The notes under the pieces were generated by a model, which worked only from the letters and a program-made list of their open reading frames with translations, made no database searches and was not told the origin of the DNA. This document shows positions 12,531 through 26,700 of a stretch of 64,000 nucleotides of DNA, one piece after another (position 1 is the first letter of the stretch; every line of letters begins with the position of its first letter). The stretch is taken from assembly GCA_028534125.1 (NCBI GenBank), contig CM052817.1, positions 16,432,001 to 16,496,000 of the forward strand. The letters are read 5' to 3'. The position numbers were made by a program, and so were the translations under genes. The stretch comes from Lama glama (lineage: Eukaryota).

Positions 12531-14542
12531 ACTTGAAAGCGTTTCAGGGACTTTTAAAGCATTCCCAGACAAGATCTGGAGAATGACTCCATCAATGTAT
12601 CTATTCATATTTCTAAGAACAGCATTAAGAAGGGAACTGGGTCTTGAAATATGCAGGCTACTGGCTTGTTCAAGCCAAGGATCAGTTTTAACATATACTT
12701 TCATCTTCTTCCCTTCATCCATTTGTGGCTATCTTCCTAAAAACTGATACCTAGCCCTCAGTATTCTTGTTTTACACATTATACTGAGTGATTTTCTTGA
12801 TTCTTCTAAGATTATATACAGCACATCAATGTCAATCCTAACTCTAGTCCCACCCTGACCTTGTGGTCATTTCCACTTGAAGAATGAATAATTTACTGGT
12901 ATTCTAAAGTCAGTAAATTCAAAACCATTTCTCACCTTCCTCCAAATAACAGTAACATCCTAACTCCAATCTGTCCTTTATTCTCTATTCTACCACCCTA
13001 CACAGTCAAAATTTTGCTATAACCTCCTACAAAGTCTGTCATCAACATTCTCACCAGACAGGACATTTCTGTAAAATTCCTTGTCATTCCCCTTCAACTA
13101 AAAAGCTCTGATGCCTCCCCCACTTACAGCAAGATAAAGTCCATTCTACTGTTTCAGTCTCACCTGCCACACTTCCTTCCTCAAACACACCCTATACTCT
13201 GGCTAGGGCATAAAACGCTTTCCCTTCTCTCTAAACATGTGCCTTTGCTCATGCTGTACCTTTGGCTGAACTAGCTTTAGTTTGTAAGATAAGGATACAG
13301 TAAGTGCATACCAAGTTGCAGTGTGAAATGTCTTTACTGTGAGTCCCAGCCCAAAGTTAAATTTCTTTACATTTTGTTTGGAGCATTTCATTTTCTGATA
13401 TGCACAAAAACATAACCAAAAAATGGCTGCTACTCTTAAAGGTTTTGAGTCAGTTACTAATATGCCAAAAAAGCATGTGTGAAATTCACTATTTAAACTC
13501 TTCAATTTTCTTTTGAATCCCCCAAATGCTCTGCAATCTTAAGTATCCAAGTAGTCTACTTCAAACAAAAAAAAACACCCAAATACTAATCCAAATAATC
13601 ACAAACCTCTTGTTGCGAGTTCACTTGACCTTTTCTTCTACACTACTATTAAATAAACTCATCTCTGAAATAAGGTTAACCATATAAGACAACAGAAAAA
13701 CAGTATGAAATATACTTTGGCTATGAGACAAAGGGACAATGTTTTAAATAATGAACGCTCCTATGACTACTTACATAACCCAGGGGAACCCACTAAACCT
13801 TTCTTAAGACTTTCATAAATCTAAGCTTGATTCTGCTCATCTGTAAAATGGTGATTAACAACTTCCTTGCATGGATGTTGAAAAACTTAAAAGAGGTAAC
13901 ACAAAGTACAGAGTGCCTGGCCCTACTCAACTGCTGATTAAATGGGTGCTATTAATACTATGCAAACTAGATAAACCATTGAAATAATTATTAAAAATAC
14001 TATGGTATTAGTAAGTTTAGAATTACAGTTTTTCATGTTATTTAATTCTTTAAATTCCCATAAGGTGATAAAAATAAACCAACAGTTTCAGTTTCTAACA
14101 TCAACATTACATTTTCCTTCACTTAAAAGAAAAATCATACTCACTAAAGGCTCAGTCTTTAATAAAAGCCTCCAATTTGGGTTCCTATTGTAGTCTTCAA
14201 AATGTCTCCATGAAATACTCAAACTGATAGATTTGTGGTATACGCAGCTTTAAAAAAAGGATAACCTGTATATGCAGTATGCTCAAATCTAAACATGTAT
14301 CATAGGTACACGAACATGGAAAAACAGGCTGGTAGGAAAAAAACCAGAAAAAGTATTTCTGCATGGTAAGATGAGTAATCATTAAATTCAATACTTCCCT
14401 GAATTTTCCAAATTTTCTACAATGGCCAGGGACTGCTACTTTTGTCATTTCCTAGAAATTTTCTAGTGGGTCAGGTTTAAGTATCTGAAAATATGGTTAC
14501 CTCACTCATAGCAAGAAACTGCAAATTAAAAAACACTGAAAG

Positions 14543-14720
14543 GGGGGAGGGTATAGCTCAAGTGGTAGAGCACATGCTTAGCAAGCAGGAGGTCCTAGGT
14601 TCAATCCCCAGTACCTCCTCTAAAAATAAATAAACCTAATTACCTCCCCGACCCCTGCCAAAGTAATTAAATAGTTCAATAATAAATAAATAAAATGTAT
14701 TTTAAAAAATAAATCAAAAA
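14543..14720 (+). mobile_element. tRNA-derived SINE (camelid Vic-1-like) inserted in an old L1 fragment
   Basis: GGGGAGGGTATAGCTCAAGTGGTAGAG (A box)...GGTTCAATCCCCAGTACCTCC (B box), then AAATAAACCTAATTACCTCCCC and an A-rich tail. Confidence 0.88.
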
Positions 14721-15553
14721 AATATACAGAAATAACATTTTTCACCTATTAGACTTACAAAAGTTCAAGTTCAGCAGTACACTTTGGTGGTTTCCCACGT
14801 ATGTTCCCATACATGCTCAGGACGGGTAAACTGATGTATTCCCTACAGAAGACTATATGGCTGTATGTATCACAATTACAAACAATCCTCTGACCCAGCA
14901 AGTTCTACTTCTAGGATTTTACCCTCAGGATATCCTTGCCATGCAGAACAACCAACAGAAGCAGCCTGGATGTCTACAACATGGGCCCAGTAAATAACAG
15001 CTCATCCATGTTTGAAAAAATATCCTAAATATATTACTAATTAGACACTAATAAGTGTTTAGCTGTGTATATGTGGGGGCACACTATTGGATGAAGGTCA
15101 TGAGCAAAGAGACTTTAGCTCTTCTATTTTTTGAAAAGAATAGATAATATTCGCATGGTTCAAAACAATTACAAAAACAAAAATAAAACAAATGAGAATG
15201 ATGAAAACAAAAACTACTCCAATGGTTCCACCCAAGCACTGGAAAACAAACCTTGTACTCCCAAATACGTACCACCTCTGAGTCAAAGTGGGTGAGCATC
15301 ACTCTGCCATAATTTACCATAATTAACATAACAAAACTGGAAAAAAACAGTACTGCTCTTTTCCCAAAGGGACTCAGGAAAATATCTCCCTACAGGATTC
15401 CCACCCTATTTAAGTCACTAAAAAGTACTGAACACAAAAGCAGCTAAGCTTCAAAATGTTCTGACGGATAGACAGACAATGGGAATGACCACTAGGATCA
15501 AATAAGCGACTTAGTAAACTTAAACATTAACAAAACATGTACCATGGTATTCA

Positions 15554-16018
<465 letters not shown>

Positions 16019-17867
16019 TCAGATTCTGAATTTTATGCAAAATGTTTATGGCAGCATTATAGTCACAAAGAAAGTAAAATGTCCAACTACCAACCAAATT
16101 GATATAAAACTCTATGAATTACCTAAGTAGCAGAAACAATAAAAAAGAACTTATAATTAAGGATTCTCTATGCCTCATCCATACACATCTTTCCCTTCTT
16201 TGGTAATGCTTCAAATTCTGTTAAGGGACAGTCTCCACCTTTACCCATCAGCTGAGATAACACAAGAACTCTGTCTTCTGCGTGTAAAATCGCTTCCTAC
16301 CTTTAAGTTAAAGACTGAGGACGGTGTGGGGGGAAAAGGTTAAGGACAAATTAAGCAAAAAGAAGATGGCATCACAATTTTTCCCAAAATCTCTGTAAGT
16401 TATATGAAAAGTATTTTTGCACTTAAAGTATGTTCAAAATTAAGCAAGAACTTATTGCTTCTGGCCACAATTCCACCTCACATTACAGTAATACAAATAC
16501 GAGTTAAAGGATTGGAATGTTTGACACTTTCTCAATTTTGTTCAATTAATAGATATTGCTCTGTGAGAAAAACTGAAATTTTAATTTTTTAAATTCTTGT
16601 TTTCATTGTTTACCCTTTCATGTATCCTTAACAGCAACAGTTAAACACTGGTAGTACTTTGTAAAAACCTACGTATACTTTGGTCATCCATAAAGTGAAA
16701 TGTAGCTCATTAAAAACAAGCTTCATTGAACACTATTAAGTTGTTTAAAATACTTAAATTATGCAGTTGGTCACCATATTAATCTTAGATCAATTAAGTG
16801 GCCAATTCTAGTATCTACTTCTAGTTACTACAGACAATCCCTAATACAGTTAATAATTTTAAAATAACCTATGCTTATTCACTCTACTAATCCAGTTTAC
16901 TTCAGATCAAGTCCTGTAGCTGACAACTCTGCCACACGGTATTTGGACTCAGATTTGAAATAATGAGGCAACATGGAACTATGACACAAGTTGCTAAACA
17001 TATCATTGTTCCTTATTTATAACACACAAAAGACATACACATTTCCCATGCCCCAATTAGGGAAAAGCATTCATTCTCTGCAATAAAACATCACTGGGCA
17101 ACAGTAACCACCCCCTTAGTAGAATACAGCTAAAATGCTGAACCCAGCATGATTTAGGATGGTTCCCCAATTACAGAAATGGTAAACTGACCAATTATAT
17201 TTGATCTTGTCCCTTCTAAAATATATTCTATTCCACAGGGATTTACCTAAAGAGAGAAAAGCCTTATTATATGTGTACACTTACATATTCACACACCTAC
17301 ATACATTTTCCACATATGTATATGTGTAATAAGTGATTCTCCCTTCTCCCATCCCAACGTCCATCTTCTACAGAATTATAGTACAAGCTAGGATTGAAAC
17401 TTCTCGTTTCAACTGGCACAAAGAGAGAGAAAGCAAAGAGAAAAGGAACCCAAAGGATAACCCAACATACAAAACGAAATTTCACAATTCAGAACTTGAG
17501 CTTCCCAGCCTACTCTGAAATATGACATCAACCATCGTTTCTTTGCTTCTCTCATTCTGCCTCTGGTCTCAGATGCTTATTAATTAAATAAGAATTCTTA
17601 AAGAACATCTGGTCTAAATTAAAAGGATTCTTGTTTCTAATCTACTGTGGAGTGGGGTGATTTATGAACTTTTATACTTCCATCACAGTACCAGGCTCTT
17701 ACCACACGGACCAAACCTTTCAACAGTAATATAAAATATGGGGCATGGAGAGTGATGGACAAAGTAAATCATGTATCACTTGCTTTGTTACAATAATACC
17801 TAAACTAACAAAGATGTTTTTCAAGGGCCTATTTCAACAGAAATTTCATTACCAAAAATAACTACGC

Positions 17868-18035
17868 GGGGGAGGGTATAGCTTAGTGGTAGAGTGTGTG
17901 CATAGCATGCAGGAGGTCCTGGGTTCAATCCCTAGTACCTCCATTAAAAATAAACAAACCTAATTACCTCCCTCCATCAAAAACCAAAACAAAAAACAAC
18001 AAATTTTTTAAAAAATAAAAAATATTAAAAGAAAT
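17868..18035 (+). mobile_element. tRNA-derived SINE (Vic-1-like) with TSD
   Basis: Same head, body and tail; TSD AAATAACTAC(A)GC at 17856-17867 and 18036-18048. Confidence 0.9.
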
Positions 18036-18599
18036 AAATAACTACAGCAGAGGAAGCATAAAATATATTCTGCAGACGCAAAGATTAAGTGCTGACCATG
18101 AACTGGGGTTTAACTGTGACACAAGAGTAAAAGGAGCACCTAGATCACAGTTGCAAAACAATTGCAAAGATATAAGCTTCAATTTACAAATGTGCAAAGT
18201 GAGAAGTATTAATAAAGAAGTCTCTTAGATTAAAATAAGAAAGCAATCAGAAGAATATAGAAGGCAAATTACCTTGAAATGTTGCCTGTGATTCAAACTA
18301 TCTACCTTCCATGGGAGAGGGACGGTAAAAATTAAGGGTCAGTTAAGAGGAGATCAAACCATTTGATTCATAAATATATGCAGAATATTGTGTATACAAA
18401 CAGGAACTTCTGTTATAAAGGAGTTAGTTGCTTAAAAGATTTACTTAAATTTTTTTAAACAGACATTTTTATTATAAAGGAACTGGATGCTTAAAGATTT
18501 ACTAATTGAGGTATAATGCTTAAAAAACTAATTATCTAAGTAGTGCTTTATAATCACTTAGCCACAATACTGGCAGGGAGAGACACAACAGGACACAGT

Positions 18600-18810
18600 T
18601 GTTGAGTATATGGTTCAGTATTCAATCTCAGTTTAGTCCTGGCTCAGCACTTTAGCTAACTATATGACCATAGTTATTTCTTTCCTTATCTATAAAATGT
18701 GGCCATTCACAAGCCTTGTCAGGCATTGCAAGAATTAAATGAGCTAATGTACGTAATGTGCTCAAAGTAGTGTCTGGAACATAATAAATACTCAATAAAT
18801 GCTGGTTATA
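18600..18810 (+). mobile_element. MIR SINE
   Basis: TCCTTATCTATAAAATG...AATTAAATGAGCTAATGTACGTAA...TACTCAATAAATG. Confidence 0.7.
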
Positions 18811-21800
18811 ACTTTTTTTTTAATTTAAAATGCCATGTTAGAATTCTACTTGGGAGTAACAGAAACTGAAGAAATGCTAATGAAGATGTAAACTGGTCAC
18901 CAAAATCATAGTATTTTAAATAAGCAGTGCTTTTTATCTGGCAATCTCACACCCAAGGACTTCTAGGGATCTAAGCTTACAGATATGTATACAGAAGGAT
19001 GTTCATCACACTTTTCACTCACAAAATAAGGCTAAGAAATTACCAAAGCATCAGTGAACAGGGAATTGGTTGAGTAAGTTATGATGCTCCTTTACAAGTG
19101 GAATACTATGCAGTCAATGAAAAGAATGTTTATCTATTCCATAGTTTGACATATTTCCAAGTGAATAAAAGTCAAAGCACAAAGTAATACATATTAAAAG
19201 ATCACGTTGAAATGTTAAAATTCATATTCGTTAATAAATATGCAGATATCTCTAAAAAAGATGGGGATGAGGATTTGGGGGAATTTTTTGCCCCTTTCTT
19301 TGCATCTTTATCAATGGATATTTGTGTTCCCTGTGGCAAATTACTTAACTTCATCTAAATCACAGGATTGTAGTGAAAATGTGTTTATATACAAATCATC
19401 TAAAACAGTTTTGGGAACACTCTACATGTTATCATCGTATCACTATATTTCTTTCACATTTTTAATAGGAAAAGCTCTTATCACGAAGCAATTAACAGAA
19501 ACTAACAAAGTGAAAAATGTCCCTATCTTCAAAAAGCTTTTTCCATACTTCCCAAGTAGGTTGTCTTCTGGTTAACAATTTTACACAAAAAATGTTGTGG
19601 GATGATGAAAAAAGGAGTAAGGTCAGTATGTAACAAATTTTCAACTTTTCTACCTGACTCCAAAATTAAAATACAGCAGGAGTAATAAAGCCATATATAG
19701 TTTGGCAGCTTGAATGTGAATAAAATCTCTCACTGGATTATCTTCCATTCTCAGTTGTAGGGAAAATGGGACAGCCATGTTTGCTAGTGGAGTTCACAAG
19801 ACTGTCAAGTCTACCCTCTCACATAAAACCATCTGCTAACAGGACTTTAAAAAAAAAAAACCTTCAAGACTGCAGAGGAGTCAACAAAAATGACTTTTTA
19901 AAACATTAAATATTTTTTTAAAAGGCACTAATAAATACTGTAAACCCACTGCTAAATAAAGTTCTACGAGAAATGACATTCAGGTGACATAAAAATGAGT
20001 TTACAAATGTCCCTCCAGAATACCTCAGAACTTTGGCTTTATTCCAAAGACAAACTCTGTCTACAGGTAGATGACATATATAATATCCCACAGAATCATA
20101 AGGATACTATCAAAAACCTAAAAAAGCCCACATTTTTACTAAGGATGTAGGATTTACAAGGGAAGGGGAGCAACCCCATGCACATATAATGGGACCACTA
20201 ATCCCAAGAAAAGCATTTAAATGGTGCACATTCACACAAATATGAGTAAGTGAATTCATTCCCTCCCAGTATATATTTTTTTTCCAATCTGAACTCTGAG
20301 AGACATCAGCTGCATCTTAGCCAGATGACAAGCAATTTATTTTTGCTTTACAGGAACGAAGAACCAAGTGTTCCCCACTTTACCAACTCATTATAAATAT
20401 CACTAAAATAGGCTGTAAAGACTCTTAACAGTATTAGTCTGGGTGCTGCATTGGAAAAACAACAGGCTAAAAATGAAAATTAAATCCAGATATAAATTGT
20501 GTAAGGTTGCACAAAACCACCTTAACAACTCTGGGTCTCCATTTCTCATCCCTTAAGCGGAGCTGATTACACTCTCTTTAAAGTCACCTCCAGTGTAAAG
20601 ACCTCATGCCTTGTAGCTCAAATGCGTTCAAGTTTTGCCGGGAGGGGGGGGCGGGGGAGGTTGAACGGACCTAAAAAGAGAAAACTGACGTCTAACATTT
20701 AATAGTAAAAATCGACTTTCATGTTTTTGCCTAAATTATCCAAATAAGTCTCTGTACTTCAAGAATGAAAGCACACAGTGGACAAGGAATGATTCTGATG
20801 CAACTGCTAAAATGACCTGTTAAATTCCTTTGTACCTATAAGAAAACGCTAAGTAGAAAGTAATCTGAAACACCACGAGTCTGTATATTTCAACTCCCAA
20901 ACCATCTCCACAAGGGTGATATTTTGCCATAAATAGCAGAAACTTTTGAAAAGGGTCTTCTTGTTTCCAAAGCTACTTATGAAGGAAAGCGGGAGGGGGT
21001 ACAAAACAAGAACTTATTGGGAAAAAAAGAATGCCTTCTAATTTCTATCCCAAGGATGCTCTCTATAACTACTCTCAGCCAAAGCAGGAAATAAAGGAGA
21101 TGGCGGGAGCGTGAGCAGAGAGCGGAAGTTTGCCTAGTACCTACTTTGAAATGTTTGAATGGACCGAGGTACGCGCTCTCCCGCCAAACTATAAACTGAA
21201 CCGCTCCAAACCTCCAGCCCTCCAGCCTATCATGTATATTCCACGTTTTCCTTTCTCCCGGAAGGCCCTCTACTCACCCTTTCCCCAAGAACTGCTCGTC
21301 TGCATGCCACACTCAACTCCCGCCACCCCCATCCCAGCCTACACAAGGATCCACGCGCTTCTCTCACTTTCCGGCCTCCGCCTCTCCCCTGGCTGGGCAC
21401 CCAGCCGCCCCCGCAAGGCCCTCTCCCCTACACCTCGGCCTGATAAGTACTTGGTGCCCTTGGACGCGAATACTCCCGCCGCGCCCTCACCCCCCCTCTC
21501 CCCGGGCTCCAGGCCTTAGCCGGGAGCCCAGGCCACGAGGTCCGCGTTCCCTCCCGTCCGCTCCCCTCGAAACGACTCCTGCTCGACTCCGCCCGGGGAG
21601 GAGACGCCCTCGTGGCCAGGACAGGCCTCTCCGCTCTCCCGATTGGGCCGGGCGGCGGCCGCGCCACTCAGCTCCCCGCGCCCTTGCAGGGCCGAACGCC
21701 GGAGGTAGCGCCGCTTTCCTGCACCACGCCGCTACTGACCCGAGCCCAGAGAGAAACAAAAGGTCAGGCCCCGGGGCCCGCTCGGCCTGGCCCACCCTGG

Positions 21801-21863
21801 CCCGCTTCCCGCCGGGACTCCAACAAAGCCCGAGCCGCTGACTCGCGCCCCCGGCCTGGCTTA

Positions 21864-21992
<129 letters not shown>

Positions 21993-22070
21993 CTATCGGC
22001 GCAGTCGAGGGCAGCTACTTAACTCCGGAGGACCCCCCACCCCTCCCGCTACAACAGCCTACACCGTGCG

Positions 22071-22222
22071 GCCGGAACCAGGAGCTAAAATGGCGGCGGC
22101 GGCGAGGGCTGGGCCTGCGCGCGCGCTTCCGCGGTATGCTGTACGTGTGTGCGTGCGTGCGTGCGTAGTGCGCGCGCACGCACCGGAGGCGGGAACTCCA
22201 GCCCCGCCCGCCGCCTCATTGG
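22071..22222 (-). promoter_or_regulatory. TATA-less housekeeping core promoter motifs: YY1 (GCCGCCATTTT on minus, 22087-22097), ETS-like CCGGAA (22072-22077), NRF1-like TGCGCGCGCA (22169-22178), GC box (22202-22209), CCAAT (22218-22222)
   Basis: Motifs read directly from the sequence; binding is inferred only. Confidence 0.65.
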
Positions 22223-24035
22223 CCCGCCCTTCTTCCTCCCCACCGGCCTCCTCCCTCTTGCTGGCACCTTCCGCCTTCTTAGCGAGTGTTAGGCTGGGTG
22301 GGGTTTTATGGCCTTCCCGCCCTTCTGGTTTAGGAAAGTGAGAAAGGAAAAAGTCTAGTCCTAGTTAGGAAATCCTGTCTATCTACGTTACCCTGGCATT
22401 AGGAGAATCTGAGACACAAAGAAGTTGAAAAACTAATCAAGATTATACAGCTGATAAGGGGCAGAGCCAGGATCAGAACCAACAGTAACTCCAGATCTAA
22501 AACTGGAAGCCACTGACCATTCTCAGTTGCAGTGGGGAAGCTGAGGTGAGAAAATGTCAAGATTTACCATAATCCATTTTGCCTTTTTTTTTACCGCGCT
22601 TTGACAATATGCACTCAACCTATTGATGTTTTTACTAGAATAGAGAAAATTCGCAATAAGAGCGTATTTTTTTTCCTGTGTGCCCATTATGTGCTTCTAC
22701 AGTGTTAACCCTACCTCTCTTCTCACTGTTACAGTTACCCTGCAAGGTAAGTGTTATTTTATGGATGTGGACACTAAGACTATGAGAGGTTATGTCACAG
22801 CCATTAGGGCTGTCCCTAAAGCCGTAGCAAATTGTAGGGATAGAATGATTCTATGACTTCTGTAAGTCTCTCCGCCCAGAACCTATCTGCTTTCTCAGTT
22901 GCATTCATTCCCGAAAGAAACAGTCAAGAAAAAGATCTGTTGACGAACCCAAGCTGGGTGATCTCTGTAGTCTGTGCAGTGGTTGTTTGGATGCTCTGGA
23001 AAACCACATTCGGGTTCTTATCAGAGCCTCAAAACTGCAATCCCTAAGGTTAAATACAACTTTAAAATTGCAGCTTATAAAGAGGATTTTTGTTTTTGTA
23101 CCAATCCATGTTCCAAAGTCAGCACAGAGAAAAGTGAATAGCTTCACTTATAAAATACTTGGTACAATATTCTACTCTAAAAGTACGTAACAGTATATTG
23201 ACTTCTGTCAGAGATCATGATGCATAATCTCTGAATTGCAAACCTGAAAGAATTGCCAGCTGATATTCTCTTTATGCTTCGTTTTACAAATGAGTAAACC
23301 TGAACCCTAAGTTACACCCAAGTCCACACAGCCAATTAGTGTCAAAGTCAGAATTAAAATCCAGGTTTCACTCTCACAATTCCAGGTCTCCAGGTTCCCA
23401 GTTTGAGAGCTACTAAAAAGTACTCTAAGATTTAGGAGAAATAGTGAGGGAAAAGGTTAGAATTCTACTGCAGAAGTGTTCCACCCTAAGAGGCATCAGC
23501 CTCTCATAAATGTGCAAGGAAACTTGATAAAGGAGGAACTGAAATCAAGGTGGTAAGACTTCTTCCTTGGGCCTAGGATATATTTAAAGACAGCTGTAAT
23601 CTAATCAGTTGCATTGTGACCTGAATGACTGAAGAGAGGCTGTATTTACCAAACAGTAGTAGCCTTTCTAGAATCTGCAACAGGGTAGCAAAGGGCCAGA
23701 ATCTGCCAGGATGTTTCCACTCCCTGTGAGGAAGGGTAGAGTTCTGGGTCCAGATGATCCACCCGAGATTTTTAGGCAGAATGGTCCTAGAAGAGAAAAG
23801 AGCTATTCACCAGCTCCCTTACAGCTTCCTGGAAATGTTGCCAGAGGATATTTCCTTTACTCGTTGTCTACCTGACAACTCTCCAGTCTATTATTTGGTC
23901 TATGGCATGAATTTACTCACCTAGAAGGAGTATCTTATGCAGCTAACCAGCTCCGGGTGTCAAGCCAGAGATGTCTCCCAACCTAAATTAATAAATAATA
24001 ATGGTATTAGCTAACACATATAAAGCCCTTACTGG

Positions 24036-24037
<2 letters not shown>

Positions 24038-24079
<42 letters not shown>
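24038..24079. repeat. (AC)n microsatellite within a MIR
   Basis: Perfect AC run, ~21 units. Confidence 0.97.
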
Positions 24080-24082
<3 letters not shown>

Positions 24083-24489
24083 CTATTGAATCCTTACAGC
24101 AACTTTAACCTGGGTTCTATAGGTTAGACTTGTTTACAGGTGAGGAGACTGTTCACCAAGGGGTGAAGTATTATGGCCAAGATGACAGTTCTGAATTCAT
24201 CCCAGAACAGTCTGCGTGCTTAAGGGCAGTGTGGTGCTGCTACTGACAAATAGGTATTCATATTCTACATTATTCTTCTAGGGTTTGGTTATTGAGAATA
24301 AGTTCCCCCAGTGAGATAAGCTCAACATAAATCGATAAACTGAAGTTTCTACATTGTCCAAGGGGAGGACATGTTTACAGAGCTCTCAATGGATGGATCA
24401 GGATTTAAAGGATTTGAACCCAGTCTGCCTCCAGAGCCACATGCTTAACCACTACACTGTGTCACTGTTATCTATCCCTTAATTATTTC

Positions 24490-25060
24490 ATGTACTTATT
24501 CACTCAACAAATATTTATTAAACTCCCATGTGAGGCATTGCATTAAGTGCTGGAGTAAAGGGAAGAACAAGATAGCCATAGTTCCTGGCTTCATGACCTG
24601 ATCAGAGGAAGAGAGGCAGGCATTTAACAACTAACACAGATAACTATATCTGGTAAGTGTTTTTTAGGCCATCTAAAGAGGACAGGCACTGGGAGAACAT
24701 ATAACAGGTAGCCCTTGTCTGGAGTGAGGGTTAAGAAAGACCTCTCTGAGAAAGGGACATTTAAACAAAGACCTAAAAAATCAGTACAAATTGGTCACAC
24801 AAAGAGGGAGGAAGGCATTCCAAGCAGAGGAAGCAGCCTGTGCAAAGGCCCTGAAACTTTAAAAAGTCATTTGCAATCCACAGACAGAGAGAACATGGAT
24901 GTAGTGAGATGGGGAAGACATGATCCTGCAGATGCAAGAAGGGGCTGTTTCACGCAGAGACTGAATTGTCCTGCTAATGATGTTGAGGCTAGCCTTCCCA
25001 AGAGCAATAGGAAGACATCGAAAAAATTTAATTAGGAAGACGATGTGATCACTAATGAGG
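24490..25060 (-). mobile_element. L2 LINE fragment, antisense
   Basis: TATTCACTCAACAAATATTTATT; CATTCCAAGCAGAGGAAGCAGCCTGTGCAAAGGCCCTGA. Confidence 0.8.
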
Positions 25061-25463
25061 ATTTGCCAGGATCAACCAGCCAATCTCCCTCTTTGAATTC
25101 TCTTTAGCTGCAAAGTGCTTACAAATTCAAAAGAATCTTCAGGACTGCTTTTAATCACCCTGTCCTCTGTCTACCATTTAATAGAAATAGTTACAAAGTG
25201 TAGTGGACCCTATGACTGGGATGAAAATCCTGCTTCAAGAATGAAAGACATCTCTCAGTTTCTAGGAGTGCTTCCTGCAGACAACCCTCAGCTGTCTGCT
25301 CCCTTCAGGAACTTCCTTGATTAAACAGAGCTGCCCAAAGGCAGCCTGAAGACACTGTGGAGGTATAAAGTCCTGACCCCTCTCCCAGGCTTGGGGTAAC
25401 GGTGAGCTTCAGAACATCAGAGCGCTTTGTGCGATCAGCTGAGGCTATTGTTGTGATGACATC

Positions 25464-26206
25464 TCTTGTGTTGCAATGCATTTTGGCCACTAACCACCCA
25501 GAGTTAGCTCAGACCCCACAGTTCAAGGGCATAGTCCCCAAGAAGACTACCCTTATTCCAGATGCCATCCACAAGTTCAGGGATCTCTGGGCCACCTGCA
25601 CTTCTGACCAACTGGCTGTGAATTTGGGGTTTCCCACAACCCTGTCAGGTTCAATAATTTGCTAGAATAAAGATTCACAGAACTCAAGAAAGTGCTGCAC
25701 TTATGATTACAATTTTACTATAAAGGGTATAAATCAGAACAGCCAAATGAAGAGATACATAGGGTGAAGTCTTAGAGGGTCCTGAGCACAGAGCTGCTGT
25801 GCCCTCTCTCTATGGAATTAGGACATGCCACCCTCCTGGCACATCAGTGGGTTGTTCACAAACTAGGAAGCTCCACTGAGCTTCTGTGTCCTGAGTTTGT
25901 ACTGGGGTTCCCTTACACAGCCATAATTGAATCATTGGCCCTATGATTGACCTCAATCTCTAGCCCCCTTCAGAGGTCAAAAATTTGGGCTAATAATCAC
26001 ATCGCTCAAAGCCTCAACTCTTTAATCACATGGTTGATCTTTCTGGCATGACTAGCCCTCATCCTGAACCGTCTCATTAGCATAAACTCAGGTGTGGTCC
26101 AAGAACCCACCATAAATAGCAAATGCATTCCTATCCCATGGGAAATTCCAGTGGTTTAGAAGTGGTACCTCCCAGGAACCAGGGACAAGTTCTTTTATCT
26201 ACGACA
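25464..26206 (-). mobile_element. Solo LTR (MER21-like) inserted in the 5' LTR16A
   Basis: Splits the LTR16A-like sequence between GAGGCTATTGTTGTGATGACATC and its continuation; degenerate TSD ACATC/GAATC; MER21-like blocks CACTTCTGACCAACTGGC and CCCAGGAACCAGGGACAA. Confidence 0.75.
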
Positions 26207-26569
26207 GAATCATGGTCCAGTTTTCCCTCTGTCTGATCCTACTTCCGTGCCTTCCCTTCCACTTGTGTTGATCCTAAGTGTACTCCCTAATAAGCTTCCA
26301 GAACACTAATCTTTGCTTCAGAGTCTCCTTCTCATAGAACCCAACCTAAAAGATTTTGTGCCAGAAATGGTCCAAGAAAGCAGATACTATGATTGAATTT
26401 TGGAGTTTGCCACCAATTTCATTGGCTGGCAATGAATTAGTGGTAACAGATGGAACATAGCCGCCACAAGAAAGCAGGGCAGTTGTTAGTTTTCAACTGT
26501 AGTGCGCTGGAAAAGATTAGGTACAGTTGCCAAAGTATAAGGGAAATAGCATTTATAAGAACATTGGAG

Positions 26570-26700
26570 GCTCAGTGGTAGAATGTGGGCTTAGCATGCA
26601 TGAGGTCCAGGGTTCAATCCCCAGTACCTCTGTTTAAATAAATAAATAAATTTTAATTACCTCTCCCCCCAAAAAACCAAACAAAACAGAAAAAGTTAAA
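26570..26700 (+). mobile_element. 5'-truncated Vic-1-like SINE inside the ERVL internal region
   Basis: GCTCAGTGGTAGA...GGTTCAATCCCCAGTACCTC and tail; TSD-like AAGAACATTGGAG / AAGAACATGGGGG. Confidence 0.85.

Noticed and set aside
12358..12747. 129-aa ORF
   Set aside because: Overlaps a MER20B-like remnant, lies antisense within an intron and has no protein-family features.
14543..14618. tRNA gene (also at 17868, 26570 and 36305)
   Set aside because: The tRNA-like heads continue into a shared non-tRNA tail with A-rich ends, and three copies have TSDs, so these are SINEs.
22740..22755. Plus-strand donor CAAG|GTAAGT as a divergent lncRNA exon end
   Set aside because: It sits within a MIR remnant and I could not support a downstream exon from sequence alone.
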